Shown: positions 29,263 through 38,021 of the stretch, in pieces | Layout: every line of letters starts with the position of its first letter | How positions within the stretch are numbered: the first letter of the stretch is position 1 | Notes under the pieces: model-generated | Told to the model about the DNA's origin: nothing | What the model saw: only the letters and a program-made list of their open reading frames with translations | Databases searched by the model: none | Translations under genes and position numbers: made by a program | Assembly (NCBI GenBank): GCA_963816145.1 | Contig: CAWFJP010000018.1 | Location: 32,001 to 96,000 of the forward strand | Length of the DNA: 64,000 nt | Direction: 5' to 3' | Source: an uncultured delta proteobacterium | Lineage (GTDB): Bacteria; Desulfobacterota; Binatia; UBA9968

Positions 29263-30294
29263 CTACGGCACGAGTATCTGCTTCATCCGCGCCGCGAACG
29301 CCGGCTCGATCTTATAGAGCCCCTGAACAATGTCCGTCAGCTCCTCGCCGGATACATACTCGATGACGAAGTTGGCCTTCTTCGCTTCGGCCAATAGCTC
29401 GCCGTCCTTGAGCACTTCGGCAAACGCCCTGCGCAAGAGATCCACGCGTCCCTTCGGAGTTCCGGGCGCGAGAAAATAGGGCCGCGCCGAGTAGGCCAGA
29501 TCATAGGCGCCATGCTTGATCAGATTCTTCGCTTCATCGGTCTTGGCGTAATCCATCGCTGAGGCCACGTTGGCCAGCTCGGGATGCTTTTTCGGCATGA
29601 CTTGAATGATCGGATTGACCTCGCCCGACTCGATCGCCTTGCGCCAGGTGGTCTTATAGGAGTCCCACGAAAGACAACTGCCGGCCAGCTCGCCGCTCTC
29701 GGTCGCCAGTCGAATATCCGAAGTGCCTTTGTATCCGTCGATGACGCGGATCGGCAATCCCAACGCCGCCTGCAACACCCGCGGCAAGTCCGACGCGAAA
29801 CCGCCGGGGCCGACGCCGCCGAAGCGCACCGGCTCCTTGGCGCCGAACCAGCGATCCATCGAGGTCACGCCGCTGGCTTTGGCAATGGCACAAACTAAAT
29901 GATCTACCGCCGGCGCGCCGAGATACTCGAACTTGCGGCCGTCGAATTCGATGCCCTTGGCGCCCATCACCTGCTGCAGGAACAAACCGCCGGAGTTGTT
30001 GCCGATGGTCAGCCCGTCGGGTTTGGCCTGCTTGAACATGTAGTTGGCGTGAATGATTCCCCCGGCGCCGGTCATATTGTCGACAACCACGCTGGGGTTG
30101 CCGGGAATATACTTGCCGAGATGGCGCGCGATCGTTCGGGAATAAGTGTCGTAACCGCCGCCGGCAGAGAAAGCGACGATCAGCCGAATCGTCTTGCCCT
30201 GGTAAAAACCATCGTCACTGGTCGCGGCCTCGACCGAATCGAAAAACACTCGCGAGAAAACCAGCAGCACAAACGCCAATCGTACGATTAACAT
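29263..30294 (-). CDS. TctC/Bug substrate-binding protein (paralogue)
   Basis: IVAFSAGGGYD, NMTGAGG, KPDGLTIG, GYKGT. Confidence 0.9.
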   Translation of the reverse strand: MLIVRLAFVLLVFSRVFFDSVEAATSDDGFYQGKTIRLIVAFSAGGGYDTYSRTIARHLGKYIPGNPSVVVDNMTGAGGIIHANYMFKQAKPDGLTIGNNSGGLFLQQVMGAKGIEFDGRKFEYLGAPAVDHLVCAIAKASGVTSMDRWFGAKEPVRFGGVGPGGFASDLPRVLQAALGLPIRVIDGYKGTSDIRLATESGELAGSCLSWDSYKTTWRKAIESGEVNPIIQVMPKKHPELANVASAMDYAKTDEAKNLIKHGAYDLAYSARPYFLAPGTPKGRVDLLRRAFAEVLKDGELLAEAKKANFVIEYVSGEELTDIVQGLYKIEPAFAARMKQILVP

Positions 30295-30335
30295 GGGCTC
30301 CCCCTGACTCCCTCAGTCCACTACGCCAACCGATT

Positions 30336-30683
30336 TCATGCGAATTTACGATAAATCGCATCCGTTTTTGCCGCCATGATGAAATCGTTCTTGTGTAGAT
30401 TCTTGATCTTGTGCGTCCACCACGTGACGGCGACTCTGCCCCACTCGGTGGTGAGACGCGGGTGATGCCCTTCCTCTTCGGCGGCGGCGCCGACGGCATC
30501 GGTAAAGGCGATGGCGTCTTTGAAGTTCTTGAATTTGTAGACGCGATCGAGCTTGGGAATATGGTCTTCGTTGATGATCTGCCAGTCGGGCACCTGGGGA
30601 TGCAGCTCTCTGACTTCAACCTCGGTCACCGACGGCGCACCGACCCGGCAAGCGACGCATTTTTGTTCAGTCAGCTCTTCCAT
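30336..30683 (-). CDS. phhB: Pterin-4-alpha-carbinolamine dehydratase
   Basis: CVAC, FKNF, EEEGHHP, WWTHKI..LHKNDFIMAAKTD. Confidence 0.92.
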   Translation of the reverse strand: MEELTEQKCVACRVGAPSVTEVEVRELHPQVPDWQIINEDHIPKLDRVYKFKNFKDAIAFTDAVGAAAEEEGHHPRLTTEWGRVAVTWWTHKIKNLHKNDFIMAAKTDAIYRKFA

Positions 30684-30746
30684 GTTAAACTCCTTTTAAA
30701 TTATCCAAATTTATCCCGCCAAGCCGTAAAGGTGACGGGCGATGCC

Positions 30747-30853
30747 TGTCATCCCGAGCGCTCGCGAGGGATCTAAGAAAGATTTCTCCCTGTGGTCGAA
30801 ATGACAACGATTTCGAACTTGGCGTCTTGGCGCCTTTGCGGGAGATATTCCGA
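30747..30853. repeat. Composite REP-like element (left inverted-repeat copy)
   Basis: TGTCATCCCGAGCG..GAGGGATCT / AGATTTCTC..TCGAAATGACA palindrome joined to TTGGCGTCTTGGCGCCTTTGCGGGAGA. Confidence 0.8.
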
Positions 30854-30883
30854 GATTCCCCTGCGGGTTAAGTCCTCCGTCCT

Positions 30884-31948
30884 TTATAACCCAATCACAG
30901 CTTCGGCATCACATCCGGCGGCGAAGCGCTGCATCGAGTCTTTGACGTCGGCGTGGGGCATGGTGCCGATGTTGAACCAACAAAGCAGCTGCGTCGCGCC
31001 GGTGCGGGCGCACAGCGCTTTAAGTTTATTCACGGCAAACGGTGCATCGCCGATCACCGCGTGCTTTTCGCAGACGGTTTCGTAGCCGACCATCGCGCCC
31101 GCCGCGGTGCGCAGGCGCGCCGGCAGTTCGACGCCGCGGCGATTGAGCCAACCGGTGTAGTCGAGGCGCAAGTCAAGAATAGTCTTGAAATAACTCATCA
31201 CGCCGGCTTCAGCGCGTGCCTTGGCCGCTGCGCTGGTCGCGGCGATATGCATCGGCACCAGCAGTCCTAACGCCGGGCTCTGCCTGTCATGGCCATGCTT
31301 TTTCAATCCCGCCCAGTAGGCATCGGCGAATTCGTAGACCTGATCGGGCATGCGCGTGTGGATCGGCAAGAAAATATTCACGCCCAAACGCGCGCCGACT
31401 TCGACGCCGTCGAGCGAGCTCGTAGCCATCCAGAACGGCGGCAGCGGCTTTTGCACCGGTTTGGGATTGACGATCACCTCGGGGATTTGGAAGAACTTGC
31501 CGTTGTGTACCAACTTCTCATCGGTCCAACCCTTGCGGATGACCTCCATCGCCTCGGCCATCACTTCGTGGGTCGCCTTGTGATCGACGCCAAAGCATTC
31601 GTAGGCCCGGCTATGTGGATGGCCGCCGCCGCAGGCAAACTCCATGCGCCCGCCGCTGACCAGGTCCAACATCGCCGCCTGCTCGGCCAGCTGCACCGGA
31701 TGATGCACCGGCAAGGTGTTAACGGCGACCCCCAGACGTAATTTTTTTGTCCGTTGCGCCGCCGCGCCGAGGACGACATAGGGCGCCGACAGCAAGGAAA
31801 ACTTGGGCTGGCAATGGATTTCGGCGACCCAATAGGTGTCGTAGCCCAAACGGTCCGCCAGCTCGGCCTGATCCATGAACTCCGCTAAGCGCTCCACCGG
31901 CGACGACCCTTCGGGACACTGGATTTCGGTGAATAGACTGCATTTCAC
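30884..31948 (-). CDS. Luciferase-like (LLM class) flavin-dependent oxidoreductase
   Basis: ADRLGYDTYWVAEIH, RTKKLRLG, HPVQLAEQAAMLDLVSGGR, PKPVQKPLPP; removing one base near 30915 gives a family-like end ADVMPKL* at 30895. Confidence 0.9.
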   Translation of the reverse strand: MKCSLFTEIQCPEGSSPVERLAEFMDQAELADRLGYDTYWVAEIHCQPKFSLLSAPYVVLGAAAQRTKKLRLGVAVNTLPVHHPVQLAEQAAMLDLVSGGRMEFACGGGHPHSRAYECFGVDHKATHEVMAEAMEVIRKGWTDEKLVHNGKFFQIPEVIVNPKPVQKPLPPFWMATSSLDGVEVGARLGVNIFLPIHTRMPDQVYEFADAYWAGLKKHGHDRQSPALGLLVPMHIAATSAAAKARAEAGVMSYFKTILDLRLDYTGWLNRRGVELPARLRTAAGAMVGYETVCEKHAVIGDAPFAVNKLKALCARTGATQLLCWFNIGTMPHADVKDSMQRFAAGCDAEAVIGL

Positions 31949-32006
31949 GATAAAATTATTCCTCTCTCGATGACGATAGCCGGCAGTGGTCGCGGATTCG
32001 GATACT

Positions 32007-32155
32007 TCTCCCGCAAAGGCGCAAAGACGCCAAGTTCGGAATTGTTGTCATTTCGACCGTACGGAGAAATCCTCCTTACGCCTCTGGCATTCCCTGATCA
32101 TGACGGCCATCGGCCGTTACCTTTGCGCCTTAGCGCCTTTGCCGGACATATTCCG
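32007..32155. repeat. Composite REP-like element (right inverted-repeat copy) plus an extra half-motif
   Basis: 32007-32071 is the reverse complement of 30781-30845 at 59/65 nt by hand count; a further GCGCCTTTGC motif lies at 32121-32155. Confidence 0.85.
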
Positions 32156-32175
32156 GGAGTCGCTTGCAGCATGTT

Positions 32176-33018
32176 TCACCGCTTGCTTCTTTTCTCGTTG
32201 GCGCGGACCACTCGGTCGGCGGCGGCGGCGAGCTGTTGGGTGATCGGCGTGTCGGTGTTGAGAAACCGCGCCAGCTCGGCCACCAGCGGAATATCTTTGT
32301 TTAGCACGTTGCGGCCGGAGCGTGGCAAGGGATCACTGCCGCTCGGATCGAAAGTGTTCTGCCAACGATTTAAGACGCTGTCATGGCCGATACGACGCAT
32401 CATTTCCAACGCTTTAGGATAGGGAATGCCGCCGGCGATGCCGATCTGAATCGCTTCATAAACGATCAAGGTCTCGGCACCGCCGAGCATGTTCTTGATC
32501 AATTTGCCCACCGCTCCGGTGCCGGTCGGACCCATGTGAAAAACTTCCTGGCTCATCTTGAGCAGATGCGGCCGGGCGCGCTCGACCAATTGATCGGCGC
32601 CGCCGACAACGAAGCTCAGCTTGCCGGCGCGCACCGTGTTCGGCACGCCAGTCATACAGGCATCGATGGCGTGCACGCCCTTGGCCCGCGCCGCAGCTTC
32701 GACGGTCTTGACCGTGTGCGGCAGAATCGAACTATGGAGCAGCACGAGCGTGCCCGGCGCCGCCGCTTCGATCACGCCGTTCGCACCGAGCATGCAATCG
32801 AGCATATCTTGATCCGTGCGCACCACCACGTCGATGAGTGTGGCGCGCTTGGCGACCTCGACCACGTTGGCGACCGCGCTAAATCCCAGCTTGCGAGCAT
32901 CCGCCAACGCCGGCGCGCAGGCGTCATAGCAGACGACATCGGCGACACCAGCGAGCTTGAGCCGCTCTAGGAGCGCCAAACCCATGGCGCCGGTGCCGAT
33001 CATGCCGATGGTTTCCAT
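32176..33018 (-). CDS. NAD(P)-dependent oxidoreductase, 3-hydroxyisobutyrate dehydrogenase family
   Basis: IGTGAMG, IDACMTG, VVGG, MGPTGTGAVGKLIKN. Confidence 0.85.
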   Translation of the reverse strand: METIGMIGTGAMGLALLERLKLAGVADVVCYDACAPALADARKLGFSAVANVVEVAKRATLIDVVVRTDQDMLDCMLGANGVIEAAAPGTLVLLHSSILPHTVKTVEAAARAKGVHAIDACMTGVPNTVRAGKLSFVVGGADQLVERARPHLLKMSQEVFHMGPTGTGAVGKLIKNMLGGAETLIVYEAIQIGIAGGIPYPKALEMMRRIGHDSVLNRWQNTFDPSGSDPLPRSGRNVLNKDIPLVAELARFLNTDTPITQQLAAAADRVVRANEKRSKR

Positions 33019-33043
33019 GTCCGCTCCCTATTACCGTCGCGCT

Positions 33044-33532
33044 TCAAGGTTGTTGTTCTTTGCGCCGCAGATAGGTGCGCAGAAAATAATGTTCGAAAGA
33101 TCCCATGGCATGTTCTTCGACGCGCGTGTTGCCGCTCCGCTCTTGGAGCTCCAAATACAGCGTGCCGCCGCTGCGGCGCAGGGACAAGATCGGCATGGCC
33201 CGCTTGTCGATGTAGCTCCCCACCGTGCGCAGAGTCTGCGACAGGCGAAAATAATCGGGAATCTGATTGGCGTCTTTGCGCATCGACTCGCCGCGGATCT
33301 GCAGCCAGACCACACTCTTTACGGGATAATGAATCTCGAAGGTCCGTTCGGTTTGGACAGCCTTCTGGCCGAGAACTTTGTCGACCCAACGGCGCTCCAA
33401 GGGTAAACCCCGTTTACCGCGGACAACGAACTCGCCGTCCTGCCATGCCAAGGTAAATTCTTGCACGCCCCGTTCTTCCAACGATTGGCCGATGGCACGC
33501 AAAACTTGGGAGTAAGACCAACCCTCAAACAT
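33044..33532 (-). CDS. Hypothetical protein with an internal duplication
   Basis: GAGG RBS upstream; YSQVLRAIGQSLE and LSQTLRTVGSYID are repeated units. Confidence 0.7.
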   Translation of the reverse strand: MFEGWSYSQVLRAIGQSLEERGVQEFTLAWQDGEFVVRGKRGLPLERRWVDKVLGQKAVQTERTFEIHYPVKSVVWLQIRGESMRKDANQIPDYFRLSQTLRTVGSYIDKRAMPILSLRRSGGTLYLELQERSGNTRVEEHAMGSFEHYFLRTYLRRKEQQP

Positions 33533-33944
33533 ACCTACCTCGACTCCAACACGGCACTAAATCTCATCGAATTGAGAACCTGCCCCCCCTCTTTCAACGA
33601 CCGTCCTATGCACGACCCCACCCCGGCACTCCGACTAGGCCGCGCCACGGGGCGGCTTCCCTTCGGTAAAACCCAATAGCAGCTATTGTTTGTAGAGTCG
33701 AACAATAAAACCGGGCGTTTCTAGCCCGGCGGCCACCCAATTATCGACCAACTGCTCGGCCTGGGCGCTCTTCCCCACCGGAGGATTGGCGCGGTTGAAC
33801 AGGGTCTGTACCCCGGCACCGACATGGGAAATGAGTCTTGGACAAAAAGCGTCAATCTGAGGAGTTGTGAATTCGTCGACTCGAACTCCTTTTCCGCCAT
33901 TTCCGCGCACCCGGGAATTTAAGTTCTGGTGTTTTCACCGCAAG

Positions 33945-33959
33945 GCAACGGGGATGCCA
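33945..33959 (-). promoter_or_regulatory. Sigma54 (-24/-12) promoter-like motif
   Basis: Minus strand TGGCATCCCCGTTGC with exact GG-N10-GC spacing, in intergenic DNA. Confidence 0.6.
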
Positions 33960-34067
33960 GCCGGAGTTTACATGACCGAACTTCGGTTCGCCTGAAGCAT
34001 GCCCTGAGCAGCAGCGTCGAAGGGGCGAGGTCTTTCCTTCGTTTGCGCGAGGAAATTACCTATGCGC

Positions 34068-35673
34068 TCACCAGCCCAGGGCGTAACCGACCCGGCGCGG
34101 ATCGGCGGCGCCAAGCCAGGAGCCGTTCTCATGATCGTGCAAGATCACCTTGGCGCTGCCGAACGACCAGCGATCGACGATGGTGATTTTATGCCCCTTG
34201 GCACGGAGCGCATCGAGCGTTGTGCTTGGATACCCGGCTTCCATGCGCAGCGCCTCGGGCAGCTGGTCGCGCGGCGGCGTACCCGGCATATGGCTCCAGC
34301 GCGGCGCTTCGACGGCTGACTGCGGGTCCATGTCGAGGTCGACCAAGTCGTGAATGATTTGAAAATTGGTCTGCGGTTGCTCGTCGGCGCCCGGGCTGCC
34401 GCCGACGACAAAGACTTCGCCGCCGCGAAAGATCATATAGGTGTTGAGCGTATGCGCCGGCCGCTTGCCGGGCTTGAGCGCATTGGCCTTGCGCGCATCG
34501 AGCCCAAAGCTGCACAGCCGATTATTCATGATCACGCCGGTATCGCCGGCGATCACCCGCGAGCCGAAGGGCGCGAAGATGCTCTGAATAAACGAGATCG
34601 CATTGCCATCGCGGTCGGTGGCGCAGAGATAGGTCGTGTCGCTGCTTTGAATGCCCGCCGAGACCGACGGCCGGCGCAAGATCTCGTCGGCGAGTTGGCG
34701 CCGTTTGGCGGCATGTTCTTTGGAAATTAATTGGGGAATGATCTTCGGATCGCCGAACGCGGGATCTTCGAGATACTGGATGCGATCCTCGAAGGCTAAT
34801 TTTTTGGCGGCGGTCTGATAATGCAGCATCTCGGCCTGGCTCATGCTGCCGTTATTAAACGGCCAGGCCTCGGCGATGTTGAGCATCTCCAGAACCATGA
34901 AGCCTTGGGACACCGGCGGCTGCTCATAGACCATAGTATCGCGATAGCTCGACGCCAGCGGCTCGAGCCACTGGCAAACGATCGGCTGTAAATCTTCCGG
35001 CGCGAGCAAGCCGCCCTCGGCTTTGATCGTCGCGCAGATTTTGTCGGCGACTTCGCCGGTGTAAAAACCGTCGCGACCGTGAATGGCGATCTTTTCGAGA
35101 ACCCCGGCCAAGCCCGGTTGCACGAGAATCTTGCCTGGCTTCGCCATTCCCAAGGGCTGGCGATAACACTTGTCGACCCAGGGATATTCGCGGCGCGAAC
35201 TCATGCACCGCTTCGGAAAATTCTTGAGATATGGGAAAGCCCTCGCGGCCCAATCGTACCGCGTCGGCGGTCAAGCGGGCTAAATCGACGGTGCCGTATT
35301 TTTTGTGCAACTCCAGCCAGCCGTCGACCGCGCCGGGCACAGCGATGGCAAGCGGTCCATACTGCGGAATGCCTTTCAAGCCGCGCCTGTGAAATTCTTC
35401 GATGCTCGCCTTGGCCGGCGCTGGACCGCTGGCGTTAAGCGCTTCGACCTTGCCGGTCTTTTTCATATACACCAGAGCGAACAGATCGCCGCCGGGCCCG
35501 CTGGTCTCGGGTTTCACCACCGCGGACACGAAAGCCGCGGCGAGCGCCGCATCCACCGCGTTGCCGCCTGCCTTGAGAATCTCGACGCCGGCAAGCGATG
35601 CCAAATAATGGCCGGACGAAACCATGCCGTTCCGGCCCATGATGACGGGACGCGCTGCTTTTGAGAACTTCAT
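34068..35673 (-). CDS. ggt: Gamma-glutamyltransferase family protein, split by a 1-nt insertion near 35192
   Basis: N-part GGNAVDAA, VPGAVDGW; C-part DTTYL nucleophile, PGKRPAHTL, AADPRR; deleting one base joins HEFA to REYPW. Confidence 0.88.
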
Positions 35674-35698
35674 GCCACTCCTGATTAAAGTGCTGCGG

Positions 35699-36721
35699 TT
35701 ATTGTCCAATGCCGAGAATCTTGGCAGCGTTGCCGCCGAGAATTTTTTCCTTATCGGCCGGGGCGAGATCGAGACCGTCGATGGCTTTAAGACTGTTGCG
35801 CAGCAGAATGCAGCCCTCTTCCGGCCCATAGGGATAATTCGTACCAAGCACCATTCGCTCCGGGGTGAAGAAATCCTTTACGCAGCGCAGCGTCGACGCC
35901 GGATGGTCCGCCGTGTCGACATAAAAGCGCCGGAACGAATCGAGGGGATTTTCTTTGAGGCCGTACTTATGGCGAATCTCCTCGGTGCGGCCGGTATAGA
36001 TGTTGATCGCCCGCTGGGCGAAGAACGCCAAGACGCCGCCGACGTCGGCAACCACCCAGTTGATTTCCGGAAAGCGCTCCAACACCCGGCCGTAAACCAG
36101 CCGGGTCATCGCCACCGTGCTATCGTAGGCCCAGCCGAAGATCAGCGTCGGCATGATATCGATACCGCTCGACGCCGTCGCCAGCGGCGCGGTGGGATGG
36201 ATGTAAACCGGCAATTTGTAGCGGGCCAGCCGCTCATAGATCGGAAACAAGTCTTCGCGGTCCAATCCTTGGCTGTTCAAATTGGCAAAGCCGCCGAAGC
36301 CGCGCAGACCGAGCTCATGGACCGAACGTTCCAACTCGTCGAGGGAGGCTTTGATGTCGCAAGTCGGCAAGGTAAAAAAACCGATGAACCGTTTGGGGTG
36401 CTGCCGGGCGATGGCGGCGATGGCATCATTGGCGATCCGGGCAAGTTGAATCGCCCCCTCGCCCTCGAAGCGATCGGCACCCGGCGCCGGAATCGTCAAC
36501 ACATGGATATCGATGCCATGCTGGTCCATATGCTGTAAGCGCCGCTCGATGTTCTGCCCCTGCAGGGTGCAGGTGTTGATACGGCAGCCGAGTTTTTTAT
36601 CGTAAAAATAGCTCATGCCGCTATGCGCATCGGGCGCTTCGAGAATCACCACGCCGTCGAGCCGCTGCATCGCGGCCAGATAGCTTTCAGGAAAAACATG
36701 AGCTTGAAAATCGATGATCAT
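35699..36721 (-). CDS. Amidohydrolase_2 family (ACMSD-like) protein
   Basis: IIDFQAH, MDQHGID, NDAIA, VYIHP, GTNYPY, ILGGNA. Confidence 0.85.
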   Translation of the reverse strand: MIIDFQAHVFPESYLAAMQRLDGVVILEAPDAHSGMSYFYDKKLGCRINTCTLQGQNIERRLQHMDQHGIDIHVLTIPAPGADRFEGEGAIQLARIANDAIAAIARQHPKRFIGFFTLPTCDIKASLDELERSVHELGLRGFGGFANLNSQGLDREDLFPIYERLARYKLPVYIHPTAPLATASSGIDIMPTLIFGWAYDSTVAMTRLVYGRVLERFPEINWVVADVGGVLAFFAQRAINIYTGRTEEIRHKYGLKENPLDSFRRFYVDTADHPASTLRCVKDFFTPERMVLGTNYPYGPEEGCILLRNSLKAIDGLDLAPADKEKILGGNAAKILGIGQ

Positions 36722-36750
36722 ATTCAGTTGCCGCTCTAGAAAACTCGCGT

Positions 36751-37779
36751 CTATAATCCGTACAGCGCGCGCGCGTTGTCGTCGAGAATCCGGTTCACCA
36801 CCGGCGTCGGAATCGCACCGTCTTCTCTGAGCTTGCGCAGAGCCAGGATTTCCGAGGAGGTGTCGTTATGGCCGTAGTCGGTGCCGATCACCAGCATATC
36901 GTCGCCGGAGAACTTAAGCACATAAGCAAGATCATCGTCGGTCTGGCAGGCCACCCACATGCGGTTTTTGCGCAGCACCTCGGACTTGTCGATCTTGATG
37001 CCGTTGCGCTCGTAGCGCCGGGCGTAATCGTGAATCGCATAGGGTACCCATTGGGAGCTGACTTCGATAAATGCCCACTTGGTCTTGGGGAACTTCTCGG
37101 GGATCTTGTAGAAGATCAGCGAGTGAAACGAGCCGACCACCGCCAACTTGAAGCGGTTGAAACCGCATTCATCGCCAAAATAATCATGCACGGCAAAGCT
37201 GCCAGTGGCCGAATGGACGCAAATCGGCAGGTCAAGCTTGCCGGCTTCTTCATAGAGCGGATAAAAATACGAATCGTGCAGCCGCTTCTCGCCTTCCAGA
37301 CCGCGAATAAAAATGCCGCAGGCGCCATGTTCCTTGGCGTAACGCGCCTCTTCGAGGGCTTTGTCCATCGACAGTAGCGGCAGCAGCGCCACCCAGCGCA
37401 AACGCGCGGGCGACACTTTCCAGATATCGATCAGCCAGCGATTGTACGAGCGCGCCAACGCCAACTCGACATCGGGCCGCCGGGTAAACGGACGCAAACA
37501 AAATGTCGGATAGAGCACTTGAATATCGACGTCGAGCTCGTCCATATGCTTGAGCCGGGCGTTGATATTTTCCATCTCGCGCGCTTCACGGGAAGTATCG
37601 GCGCCGACGTTGCGCGCCTTGCCGAGATAGAGGCCGTCGATCAACCAGGATTCGCCGCCGGAGGTTGGATCGTTGGGCGTCGGCACGATGCGCGGCCTGA
37701 GCGCCCGCTCGGACTCCAACATATAATCCCAGGTATGTTCGGTCTCCAGCACATGGGCATCTGAATCGATCACGGCCAT
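36751..37779 (-). CDS. Amidohydrolase_2 family protein
   Basis: IDSDAHVLE, QVLYPT, YNRWL, ICVH, GTDYGH, NARALYGL. Confidence 0.85.
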   Translation of the reverse strand: MAVIDSDAHVLETEHTWDYMLESERALRPRIVPTPNDPTSGGESWLIDGLYLGKARNVGADTSREAREMENINARLKHMDELDVDIQVLYPTFCLRPFTRRPDVELALARSYNRWLIDIWKVSPARLRWVALLPLLSMDKALEEARYAKEHGACGIFIRGLEGEKRLHDSYFYPLYEEAGKLDLPICVHSATGSFAVHDYFGDECGFNRFKLAVVGSFHSLIFYKIPEKFPKTKWAFIEVSSQWVPYAIHDYARRYERNGIKIDKSEVLRKNRMWVACQTDDDLAYVLKFSGDDMLVIGTDYGHNDTSSEILALRKLREDGAIPTPVVNRILDDNARALYGL

Positions 37780-37781
37780 CC

Positions 37782-38000
37782 CTAAAATCCTCCTGAGCGC
37801 AATTTTGTAGCGCCGCTGCTTTGATTGATACCGGCTTTTTCGGTTTTCGAGCCGACAGAATTATTACACTTCTGACAAGTGTAGTCGTACATTTCACCGT
37901 CGGGCAATACAAGCAGTAAACGCTGGCGCACCGGCATCGCTTGGCCGCACTTATTGCAGTAGAGCAGGCTGGCATTGAATTGGCCGTAGGATTCTGCCAT
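37782..38000 (-). CDS. Small zinc-ribbon protein
   Basis: 72 aa; CNKC and CQKC pairs; GGGAG RBS; tightly spaced between EF-G2 and the amidohydrolase. Confidence 0.75.
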   Translation of the reverse strand: MAESYGQFNASLLYCNKCGQAMPVRQRLLLVLPDGEMYDYTCQKCNNSVGSKTEKAGINQSSGATKLRSGGF

Positions 38001-38021
38001 TGGGACTCCCTAACCGTGCGC

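Noticed and set aside
33640-33860. Cyclic di-GMP-I riboswitch, suggested by minus-strand GGGTTTTACCGAAG
   Set aside because: The GGCAAA and GACGCAAA core elements are absent; kept only as an unclassified structured leader.
33683-33910. 75-aa minus-strand ORF
   Set aside because: No RBS before its GTG, no motif, and it overlaps multiple hairpins; a non-coding interpretation is preferred.
34924-35204. Programmed frameshift or natural two-gene split of ggt
   Set aside because: The break is not at the autoproteolysis Thr and has no slippery sequence; a single-base error explains it.
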